Shown here piece by piece: positions 11,064 to 21,980 of a stretch of 33,227 bases of DNA. The DNA is from Catajapyx aquilonaris (taxonomy: Eukaryota). The notes beneath the pieces are model-generated. The model was not told where the DNA came from and made no database searches. It was given only the letters and a program-made list of their open reading frames with translations. A program made the position numbers and the translations under genes. The stretch is from positions 1 through 33,227 of the forward strand of contig JYFJ02004295.1 of assembly GCA_000934665.2 (NCBI GenBank). Reading direction: 5' to 3'. Every line of letters starts with the position of its first letter. The stretch's first letter is position 1.

Positions 11064-11644
11064 TGACACTAACATTTATCATCAATTGCATTCATATTTG
11101 TGATGTTACTGTTATAGTAAATAGTAATAAAATGTAGGGAGAAGAATGGCCTTGATTCCAAATATAATTACACACAATAGCAGTATAAAATAACATAGAA
11201 ATTAATTTATTATGTACCCGTGGGCCCATTGTTTTAATAGCAACTCTTCCAGGACCCATTTTGCAGGGACGCATAATAAATTAAACGTAAATTGTTCTTG
11301 TAATAATATCAGATAGAAAAGTGAAACTCATTGTTTAAGTACTGGTGTGAAAATGGTGTGAATAAGGACAGATTTACGTTTTTGGCTAATATTTTTGCTA
11401 AAATTGTACCATTTCCTATTTTCTAAAGGTTGACAAATTCAATTTTCCTACACGACCGGTATTTAATTGCCTGCAAGTAAAATCCCCTCATGCAGGAATG
11501 TTACCGACTACAATAATTATTCAATTCATCAGTTTGGAATTAATTCTGAATTAATAATTCAAATCCAAATTGAATGTTGCCCATCACTGATATTGCTGCA
11601 ATTCAGTGAAACCCATCTGTAATAATAATCCATCTTAGAACCGA

Positions 11645-11790
11645 AGCAGGTTAGGGTGGAGTCCGACTGCTAATCGGGAGGTCCTGGGTTCGATTCCCAG
11701 GGCCGGCGATCTCCTCCCAGGATAATTCCGGGATCGTTTTCGTATAACAGGCCACAGCCGCTTCCTTCCCTATCCTTGGCCCTACCCACA
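11645..11790 (+). mobile_element. tRNA-derived SINE
   Basis: B-box ggttcgattcc and a degraded A-box. Body ggataattccgggat...aggccacagccgcttccttccc. Same position in the duplicated unit as the copy at 23975. Confidence 0.75.
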
Positions 11791-11900
11791 TACTGTATGA
11801 AGAAAAATTGAGTAGTAAAATGGTGGTATTCCATCCCCCTAATGGAGCGCTGATTCTTCCAACAGGGTAAATAAATTTATATCTGTGGGGGAGAGGTGTA

Positions 11901-11988
11901 CTATGGGCGCCAAAAGAATTGACCGGAGTTGATGGGTATATAGCGCCATATACCCATCAAATCCGGTCAATTCTTTTGGCGCCCATAG
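11901..11988. mobile_element. Palindromic MITE with TA flanks (Tc1/mariner-type)
   Basis: 45-bp arms (11897-11941 / 11948-11992) with one mismatch and a 6-nt loop. Confidence 0.75.
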
Positions 11989-12089
11989 TACAAGAAAGAG
12001 AGGAAATAGAGAGTGTTGTCAAAGAGTGCTCAGGGCGTGATTGCTTATCCTGTATCCGTGTCTCGATGGATAAAAGGTACAACTTCACA

Positions 12090-12275
12090 TGGAAGTTGTG
12101 GCCTGGACAGCCTATAGGCCTAAATAACATCCGAAAAGCCCAAAGAGTGACAGTCACAATCGATGGCGGTGATGAATGCCATTGTGTCCAGATGGGAGTG
12201 TTTGGTTAAGGTGGAGACTATGGTCAGGACAAAGTCAGGGAGCGGCCTCTCTCCACCAATAAATCCATTCCCAGG
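12090..12275 (+). promoter_or_regulatory. Shared module copy (orphan)
   Basis: cgatggcggtgatgaatgccattgtgtcc, ggtggaga...tctccaccaataaatcc. Confidence 0.6.
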
Positions 12276-13070
12276 TCATAATTTACGACCTTCCTACGCA
12301 TTTACGGTATAATACATTCAAACTGATTCAATTGTGAAAAATGTCGGCCATAAGTTTTATTTTCTGTGCAGAAAAGGTCGAATACGACTCGATGAATCAT
12401 CTTGTACATGCCCACTGTTGTGGTTAAGACTAGCACATCAAATATGACGTCATTGTCCTTGAATATTGTAAGAAGCCAATGTATTAAAATGTCTCAAAAA
12501 CATGACTCACCCATTTAATATTATTTATTGCGTCTATTTTTGATACATTGATTGAAGCAAAACAAGCAAAATATTCGTCTTCCGCATACAGGGAGAAGGA
12601 ACCACAGCAGATATTTTGTCCCCGCAACGATGGTGCATACATTGTACCAATTATTGGTGGGAAGTAGCTCAATATTCATCCGAATGAAGGTGGACTTTAT
12701 CTCGCCTGTTGGTAGTGTTCTCATGAATGGCTACATTTCTACATCATCTTCCCAAAAACAATCCCGAAAGTGAGTAAAAGTGCACAACATGTGCCAATGT
12801 CTTGGCAACGTGTGAGCGATGTTGGGTCTCGACATAAACAATATAGTATTTAACAGTAATCGGTTTGGTCGTCGACACCCGATCCGTGTATCATCAATCT
12901 AATAGACTTGATTGCAGCGTCATTAAACTACCTTTGGGTGCAAGCAACCTTGAATTTGGTACTAGATGATTATAATAATTTATCAGAATGTGATGATTAA
13001 GAATGATTGTGAATCATTTCATGCTGATTATGTTCCAAGCTGGTGGAATATGAATCAGGCGGTGCAACAG

Positions 13071-14481
13071 TCATTCTGCTCCCTTGAACTGCGCCAGGAC
13101 TACGACGTATGTGGTCACTGCTGCAGCCAACTGTGAAGGAGACATGGAGAGTGATTAGCTACACATCCATCATATAAAATGTCCTCTGTAGACTTACGGC
13201 TGTCAATAAGCCCCGGTTGACTGAAAAGTAATTGGCTGCGGAGATCTCGATGGGAGGACCGGTCAGCTTTAGTATGAAAACTTCCATCTGAAACATACAG
13301 TGGTACATTTAATTTCAGAAGTGAAGGTTTATAAATGTGTAGGTGCATCACTCACATGTGCCTTGATCCTTGGATTGGTGGCTAGAGGACAAGAGTGGAT
13401 GAGGTGAGGCAATGCCTTTGTGCTCTGGAAACATGAAAAGAGTCATTATTATCACACCAAATGTACACTCAATGTATGATGCTACCTGCTGAGGTATACG
13501 TCCCAAGATGGTGGTGAAGGTAACGACTGATGAGATGATTATCCCAAGAATCACTATTAATATTATTGGTTCAATTATACTTTGGTATTTATCATTGTCT
13601 GGAATCAAGTAAAACATATCGCCGGTAATCCACACGACAGATATGAGATAGGTGGCCATGATGGATGCACCGTAAGTGCTGCCCATGTCATCCACAATCA
13701 AGCAAAGGTCGTACAACAGGTAGCTGGCAGACTTCAATTTCTTGATCAATTCGTCATCACAGGGGCCATTACTATGCTCAGCAGTGCAGATGTGTATTAC
13801 TTCCTCATTGAAATCATCTAGCTTCAATCGGATCACTATAGCCAAAAAAGTCACTTGCACGGGGATCAAGTGAAGCATAAAGAGAGAGTGCCACACAATG
13901 ATTATGTCAAACATGTTGTAAGATTGAAACAGTTGTCCACGTCGAAGATACGAGTAGATCAGGTGTGAGACTTCAGCTAACGGCAGCAAGAGGCAAGCAG
14001 CCATCAGCAGTGCGGAATATTTTCGCAGTTTTCTCTCGTGGAGACGCATGTTTAGTGCAGAAACACGGTGTACTACTTTCGACATCTGAGCGACTCTGGT
14101 TTGGCAGAAAATGAAGTGAAGCCACGGAGCACACACTGCCACTGCATAGAGAATTACGCATGTTGCCCAACTTGTTGTGCTCGTGTGATAGCTCCTGTAC
14201 CAAAACGGGAATGGCATCCAAGTCACTTTTGTGACATATGCACCAAATAAAAGGAAGTGCACCAGTGATGACCACCGTTGGTACCACTTCCAATTTGCAT
14301 CTTTCCTGGGCCAAGGACAAGGAGCGATTCCTCCAAAGGTGGCCAAGATTGCCAACGGTCTGAACGATGACCAAAACGCGTCTCTCTGGCCATCACTTTC
14401 TTCTGGTTTCTTCTTGTCTTCCACATGAATCACTGGTGATGTTCGACGTAACGTGAGGAAGTCGCTATTTGATCTGTTCAT
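13071..14481 (-). CDS. Gustatory receptor, type C (C2), ~404 aa. Exons 14481-13486, 13424-13356, 13287-13198, 13130-13071
   Basis: Intact frame, GT-AG phase-0 introns, TYVVVLAQF. The start was chosen at the ATG shared with C3; the frame stays open further upstream in this copy. Confidence 0.88.
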
Positions 14482-14559
14482 TTTTCTGCAACAAGTGGAA
14501 AAGACTCTGAACCACGCTGAACCTTCACCAGGGCAGCCAAACAGTCTTGTCCTGTGCTG

Positions 14560-14761
14560 GCGACTCGTCTGATGGTGTCCAAACTGTCTTAGAGAGCCCA
14601 TGAATATAACATCCCAGAAGACGAAGGGTGACACTGAAAAGGATAGTCGATGGCGGTGATGAATTCCATTGTGTCCAGAAGGGAATGTTTGGTTAGGGTG
14701 GAGACAGGTCAGGTCAAGGTCAGGGAGCGGCCTTTCCACCTATAAAGGCACAACCAGGCTG
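14560..14761 (+). promoter_or_regulatory. Shared module between head-to-head C2 and A2
   Basis: TCAAGGTCA at 14714-14722 and TATAAA at 14741-14746. The two ATGs are about 500 bp apart. Confidence 0.65.
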
Positions 14762-14978
14762 TAATAAATTAATGACTTTCCTATACTCCTTTACAGCACA
14801 GTCCATGCAAACTTATTCAATTGTAAAAAATGGAGGCCATAAATTTTATGTTCTGCCCAGACAGTGTTACGTGGCAGTTTCACAATTGCAGTGCAGTGGA
14901 GTGACACGGATTGCTAAGAGGAAAGGTGACAAATCACTGAGACATTCCCTAATTGGCACTTGGAATGGACAAGAAATT

Positions 14979-16343
14979 ATGCTCAGGGTAACGTCCAATA
15001 GGGCGATTTCAATGAAGGAAATGAAGAGTCCAAAAGACTTTGCAAGTAAGGAAAATGCATTTTGGGAAGTGTTCAGACCAGTGGCCATCTTGTCAGTGGT
15101 CGGAGGGATAGCTCCTTGTCCATGGCCCAAGAAAATGGAGGATCTGAGAGGAAAGTGGTACAGACGGTGGCCAACAATGGCGCACATCCTTCTACTCGCC
15201 ACTTACATCACCGTCTTCGGCTGTTATCCGCCGAAGGATATGATCAGTGCCAACCAAGAGCAAAGCCAGACTAAAACATTGACTATAGTCTCATTGTGCA
15301 AGTCCTACTTAGTATTGCCTCGTGCCTGAACTTCATCTGGGTTCAAAAGGGTCTCACCAATATTTGGGAACTAATCAACTGATTGTCAAATCAAGATGTG
15401 AGCAGGCACAAGAGGTCACTTCGAAAATGGTCATTGTTGCTGGCAGTAGCGACAGTCTCACTTCCTTTACTGGAAACGTCCAGATTAATTACTGCTCTAG
15501 CTCTTGAAGGGGGGTTTCTTCAGCCATATTACTTGTTCTTTTTGTTCTATGAGTGGCACTGTCTATTCCTGCTCAGTCTATTCCCATTCAGTTGGTATTC
15601 CTGGTACAATAGTTATTCAGCTGACATCTATTACGAGCTAAGTGCCTTAGTGACCATGATTAACAGCACTTACGGCATGCACATCATGTTAGTTTTCCTG
15701 GCATGTGTCGTCTGGATCACAAGCTTATTATTTTATTTTATCTTGATTTCTGAGCCACTAATTCTGATATCTATGAGATTGATTCTCATTTTCACCGTGG
15801 TCGTTTTTGTGGTGGGTCTCACTATTGTTTTGGGATCAATTCAAACGCAGGTACCTGGACTCTCATTTTTCTTTTTGTTAATTAGTTTGTGACAATCTTG
15901 ATATTGCTTAATATTTGGTCATTTTCAGAGCACCAGTACCCTCGACGACCTCATGAACACACATCGTCGGGTTGTCAATCCGAGTATAAAGGCAGACGTA
16001 AGTGTGAAATAGTGTTCGGTGCAGTTCACTTTTCATCCTGTAATAATGAAGAAATTATTTGTACTTTCGCGTCATTATTCAGATCAATTCGCTGATCCAG
16101 AAGATGACTGGTACTCCCATGGGAATAACTGCGGCCAATTATTTCACTGTTAATCGAAGCCTGTTGACGTCGGTAAGTTGTGCTGCTAATTACTTAATCA
16201 ACATTAATACACTGATATTTATTCCCCATCCAGATCGCCGGATCTGTAACCACGTACCTCATAGTTCTGGCTCAGTTCAAGGGTGCTGAGGAAGTGGAGG
16301 ATTTTTCCACGGCATGTCCACCAACATTACGAGAACACAGTGA
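14979..16343 (+). pseudogene. Gustatory receptor, type A (A2) pseudogene. Exons 14979-15850, 15929-15997, 16083-16172, 16234-~16343
   Basis: 2-nt insertion near 15285, 1-nt deletion near 15575, ~110-bp deletion near 15607 relative to A4, and a tail frameshift. TYLIVLAQF is retained. Confidence 0.88.
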
Positions 16344-16504
16344 GGCTGCACATCAGACCGACAATAAGTTATGCAGCTGCTTATTATTTTAAAAGCCGTG
16401 ACAACATGTTATATAAAATACTCCGAACATCCCTGAACCTTTCACCAGAACAGCCAAGTGTACCATTACTCCCGACCATGACCTATAAACAGGCTTGTCA
16501 TTTG

Positions 16505-16735
16505 CTGGCAACTCTTCTGAGCATGCCCAAACTGCTTTAAAAATTGTGCCCTGGACAGCCCATGAATATAACATCCGAGAAGCCAAAGGGTGACACTGAA
16601 AAGGAGAGTCGATGGCGGTGATCAATGTCATTGTGTACTGAAAGGAGTGTTTGGCCTAGGTGGAGACATGTCATGTCAACATAAGGATTAAGGAGGCGGG
16701 CTCTCCACCAATAAATTCACAACCATGCAGGCTAT
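16505..16735 (+). promoter_or_regulatory. Shared module upstream of A3, preceded by a C-type 5' leader relic (~16415-16505)
   Basis: gagtcgatggcggtgatcaatgtcattgtg, ggtggaga...tctccaccaataaa. Confidence 0.6.
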
Positions 16736-16950
16736 AATAATTGTGTCAACTTCCTCTTGGGTACATCCAAACCTATTCATTATTGTGGACAATGGTGCTC
16801 ATAAATCTGCGTAGAAAAAAACATAAGCGCAGACAGTGTTACCTGCCAGTTTCGCCATTGCAGTGCAGTGGAGCGACACGGACTGCTAAGAGGCAAGGCG
16901 CCAAATCACTGAGACATTCACCAATTGGCACTTGGATTGGACAAGAAATT

Positions 16951-18438
16951 ATGCTCAGGGTAACGTCCAATAGGGTGATTTCGATGAAGGAAATGAACAG
17001 GTCAAAAGACAATGGAAAGAAGGACAATGCATTTTGGGAAGTGTTGAGACCAGTGGCCATCATGTCAGTGGTTGGAGGAATCTCTCCTTGTCCATTGCCC
17101 AAGAAAATGGAGGATCTGAGAGGGAAGTGGTACAGACGTTGGCCAGCAATGGTCCATTTTCTCTTACTCGCCACTTACATCGCCGTATTCAGCTGTTATC
17201 CGTGGGAAGACCTGATCGGTGACAACCAAGAGCAAAGCCAGACTAAAACATTGACTGGTCTCATTGTGCAAGTCCTCCTTAGTATTGCCCCGTGGCTGAA
17301 CTTCATCTGGGTTCAAAAGAGTCCCACCAATATTTGGAAACTAATCAACCGATTGTCAAATCAAGATGTGAGCAGGCACAAGAGGTCACTTCGAAAATGG
17401 TCATTGTTACTGGCAGTAGCCTCCGCCTTACTTCCTTTACTGGAAATGTCCAGATCAATAACTGCTCTTGCTCTTGAAGGAGGGTTACTTCAGCCATATC
17501 ACTTGTTCTTTGCGTTCTATGTGTGGCACTGTTTATTCTTGTTCCACGTGATTCCCATTCAGTTGGTATTCCTGATCATTGTTGTACAGTCGCGACTTAA
17601 GGACTTCAACAACGAAATCGCAAGAATATGCCATTTTCTACATCAATCCACTCCTGAGCAACATAATAGCGAGAGTCTAATTAGGAGCGCTAGTTATTCA
17701 GCTGACCTCTATTACGAGCTAAGTGCCTTAGTGACCATGATTAACAACACTTACGGCATGCACATCTTGATTGTTGTCCTGACATGTGTCATCTGGGTTA
17801 CAAGCTTATTATTTTATTTAATCTTGGTTTCCGAAGCACGAATTTTCATATCTATGTCATTGATTGTCCTTTCCCTGATCGTCGTTTCTGTGGCGGTTCT
17901 CACTATTGTTTTGGGATCAATTCAAACGCAGGTACAGTGTAACATTTTTGCTGCACTCTCATTTTTCTCTTTGCCAATAATTAGTCTGTGGCAATCTTAA
18001 TATCGCTTAATGTTTGGACATTTTCAGAGCACCAGTTCCCTGGACGACCTCATGAACGCAAATCGTCGGGTGGTCAATCCGAGTCTAAAGGCAGACGTAA
18101 GTGTCCCGTGCAGTTCACTTTTCATCGTGTACGTAATAATGAACAAATTACTTGTACTTTCGCTTCATTATTCAGATGGATTCTCTGATCCAGAAGATGA
18201 CTGGTTCTCCCATGGGAATAACTGCGGCCAGTTACTTCACTGTTAATCGAAGTCTCTTGACGTCGGTAAGTTGTGCTGCTAATTACTTAATCAAGATTAA
18301 TGCACTGACATTTGATTACCTCTTCAGATCGCCGGATCTGTGGCCACATATCTCATTGTTCTGGCTCAGTTCAAAGGAGCTGAAGAGTCGGAGGCTTCTT
18401 CCGCGGCATGTCCACCAAACATTACCAGTGGACACTGA
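16951..18438 (+). CDS. Gustatory receptor, type A (A3), ~416 aa. Exons 16951-17931, 18028-18096, 18176-18265, 18328-18438
   Basis: Intact multi-TM frame, canonical splice sites, TYLIVLAQF. An alternative in-frame ATG lies at 16792. Confidence 0.9.
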
Positions 18439-19180
18439 GGCTGTACAGTCCGTTTAACGTAACCTAGGCAGATGCTGATCATTTTAAAATCTGTAAGGTT
18501 TACCAGTATGTAATCTACATCAGATAATTATGTCATCACTTTCCATGAAACCAATCTATTGCAATCAAGTGCAGCAGAAGTCCAATCGATGGCAGTGAAT
18601 AATGTAACTCTTTACTGGTGTTATTTATGGGCTGTCCAGGCCAAGATATCAATGGTTGTTTGGCCATGTCCAAGGGCACTTATTGAAAGAGTAAGTTTGC
18701 GTCGAAATAATTAATACGTATAGCACACAACATTAAGTCACTGGCATTTCGTTAATTTTAAGATCGTTTGCAAATGTTTCCGATACGGTAGTTATGTCAT
18801 TGTTTTGTTTCATTGCAATTTTCACCATGTAAACTTCGCTAGCCTTCTGTTTCTGGGATCAATACCACGAATGGTAAGTGTTGAAGCGATCATGTAACTA
18901 GTGCTTTTGTTTGCACACATACTGGTCATTCTATACATCTGATGGGATTCGACTTTGTAACTTTACAAAATAACAGCCTACTGTTCTTCATCCACATATA
19001 CTTGATATGCGTGAAACTGGCCCTGTGTAGTACTTTTTATTACCTCATCTGAAGTAGCCAGTCATTCAACCGGCCATTGAAGGGAGAGTTGCCAGTCCCT
19101 TCTCTTCATCATTTCTTGTCAAAGTGTCACGAGGGCATACAAGCAGCGGAGCAAAATTGAAATTCTTTTGCTGGAAATTG
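17868..19180 (+). repeat. Recent segmental duplicate of 1-1321
   Basis: Near-identical through introns and ~750 bp of 3' flank. Similarity ends after ttttgctggaaattg. Confidence 0.9.
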
Positions 19181-19199
19181 CGAGAAAATTGCGAGGAAA

Positions 19200-19351
19200 A
19201 CATGCGAGAAGGCAAAGGATGACACTGAAAAGAAGAGTCGATGGCGGTGATCAATGCCATTGTGTCCAGAAGGGAGTGTTGGGTCAGGGTGGAGACAGGT
19301 CAGGTCAAGGTCAGGGAGCGGCCTCTCCACCAATAAATCCATAACCAGGCT
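19200..19351 (+). promoter_or_regulatory. Shared module copy followed by a truncated A-type leader (to ~19504)
   Basis: Near-identical to 8635-8781; TCAAGGTCA at 19305-19313. Confidence 0.6.
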
Positions 19352-20273
19352 CTAGGGTACATCCAAACCTATTCATTATTGTGGACCAATGGTGCTCGTA
19401 AAGCTGCGTAGAAAACCACATAAGCGCAGACAGTGTAACCTGCCAGTTTCACCATTGCAGTGGAGTGACACGGACTGCTAAGAGGCAAGGTTCCAAATCA
19501 CGGTTTAAGTTCATTGCATAAGGTGCAGTTATTATTACTGTCCAGAGAAAATGTGTAACCCTTTATCCAGTAGTTCTTCGAATTATTCCTCAAGTTTATT
19601 AACGGTCTGGTCACGGCGAGAGGAAGCTGGCAGTCAAAATAACATAGCATTTTCAGCACTCTGATCGCCAGCGGTCTCCTCCCCGTTTCCAGTCTGAGAA
19701 CGTATCCAGCAGTATTTCACGGAAGTGAAAGATATGTTTTTATGTAATATGTTTGTACCATCTCCAATCCCTCGCAATGAGACAATCCCCAAATGTGAGC
19801 ATTATGCAAGGAAATAGGCACTATCTTAGCTTCAAATAATCTAAAGGCAGTATTTAAATTTCTCGATTTAGCAGCAACTAAAGATTTTTTGAACCTGATT
19901 TTAGTAAATCGTTAGGGATGATTTCGAACAATTTGAAGCACCATACAGTAACATGAAAAAATAGTCACAATAATTGCCTTGAGTTGTGCGCAGGCCTGCC
20001 ACAGGCCGTGTGAGGAAGTGAGGAAGTTGACGTAATTTTAATTTTTGGTGAGTGTGACTGTCAATGTTCCAGCCATTTACATCCAGGCGAGTGGTTGCGG
20101 CTAATTATAAAATAATATTGAAATATGAAGTGGTGGTTTACGGGCGTTAAGAATATGGATTTCCCAATGATGTATGCTAGTGCAATCTTATTTGCTTCAG
20201 TGAAAAAAGGAAGTAATTAGACATACTGATTAAGCCCTTTTTTTTTTGTTCTGAAGCCTCGACTTCTGAAGCA

Positions 20274-21661
20274 ATGGTTCCCAGGCGTTCTACTGCTATT
20301 CAAGTGGAAGAAGCAAAATCTGAAGGGAAAACAGAAGAGGAAGACGCGTTTTGGACCGTGTTAAAACCACTGTCCATCTTGGCCACCTTTGGAGGAATCG
20401 CTCCTTGTCCTTGGCCCAGGAAAGATGCAAATTGGAAGTGGCATCACAGGTGGCCTGCAATGGTGCACTTCATTCTTTTGGCGGTATATGTCGCAAAAGT
20501 GACTTGGATGCCATTCCCGTTTTGGTACAGGAGCAGTTACACGAGCACAACAAGTTGGCTGACAAGCATGACTCTTTTCTCAGCAGCTGTTGGTGCTCCA
20601 TGGCTTCACTTCATGTTCTGCCAAACAAGAGCCACTCAAATTTCGAAATTAACTCACCGTTTTTCGGCACTGAACTTGTGTCGCCACAAGAGTAAACTTT
20701 GTACATATTCCGCACTTCTAGTGTCTGCTTGCTTCTTGCTGCCGTTAGCTGAACAAACATACCAGATCTTTGCATATCTTCAGAGTGGACAACTGTTTCA
20801 ATCTTACAACATGCTTGACACATTCATTGTGTGGCACTCTATCTTTCTGCTTCACTTGATCCCACTGCAAGTCACTTTTTTGGCTATAGTGATCCGATTG
20901 AAGCTAGATGATTTCAATGAGGAAGTAATACATGTCTGCTCTGCTGGGCATAGTAATGGCCCCTGTGATGACGAATTGATCAAGAAATTGAAGTCTGCCA
21001 GCGACCTTTTCTACGACCTTTGCCTGATAGTGGACGACATGGGCAGCACTTACGGGGCATCCATCGTGGCCACCTATCTCATATATGTCGTGTGGATCAC
21101 AGGCCATGTGTTTCACTTGATTATTGTTAACTACCCAAGTCTGAGCAACCCAATCGCTTTAATATTCGTCACTGCAGTGCTCGTTTCATCAGTCATTACC
21201 TTCACTATCATCTTGGGATCTACACCTCAGCAGGTATTGCATCTTCTACTGAATGTCCATTAATGTGATGGTAGTATTACTCTTTTCACGTTTCCAGAGC
21301 ACAAGGGCATTGCCTCATCTAATCCACTCTTGTCCTCTGGCCACCAATCCAAGCATCAAATCACATGTGAGTTACTGTTCACTCTTCCCTCATTCAATCT
21401 GCATTTGCTGAAGTGTACAACCGTGTGTTTCAGATGGAAGTTCTGATTCATAAGCTGACCGGTCCCCCCATTGAGATATCCGCAGCCAATTACTTTTCTG
21501 TCAACAGGGGCCTATTGACAGCCGTAAGTCTACACAGCTGATTGACACGCATGTCTAGCTAGTTACATTCTATGTCTCATTCACAGTTAGCTGGAGCAGT
21601 GACCACATACGTCATAGTCCTGGCGCAGTTCAAGGGAGCAGAAGCGACAGACCACACCTAA
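20274..21661 (+). CDS. Gustatory receptor, type B (B3), ~397 aa. Exons 20274-21233, 21298-21366, 21434-21523, 21587-21661
   Basis: Intact frame, canonical phase-0 introns, TYVIVLAQFKGAEATDHT*. Confidence 0.9.
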
Positions 21662-21980
21662 TGACACTAACATTTATCGTCAATTGCATTAATCTTTGTG
21701 AGGTTACTCTTATAGTACTGTAAATAGTAATGAAATGTAGGGAGAAGAATGGCCTAGTCTGATTCAAAAGGTGATTACACAATAGCTGCATAAAATAACA
21801 TGGAAATAATTATATTTATTATGTACCCGTAGGCCCATTGTTTTAATAGCAACTCTTCCAGGACCCATTTTGCAGGGACGCATAATAAATTAAACGTAAA
21901 TTTTTCTTGTAATAATATCAGATGGAAAAGGGAAACTCATTGTTTAAGCAGTGTAAAATGGTGTGAATAAGGACAGATTT

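Noticed and set aside
14482..14739. 86-aa N-terminal extension of C2 (ORF-track 463 aa) running through the module
   Set aside because: The track start is non-ATG, and the frame is broken by indels or stops in the C1, C3 and relic copies. Probably UTR/promoter.
16741..16950. N-terminal extension of type A genes
   Set aside because: Open in A2, A3 and A5 but frameshifted and stopped in intact A4. Treated as 5' UTR, though not fully excluded.
17932..18000. Single-exon GR ORFs ending inside intron 1
   Set aside because: Read-through of a phase-0 intron in the ORF track. The conserved TM7 exons lie downstream.
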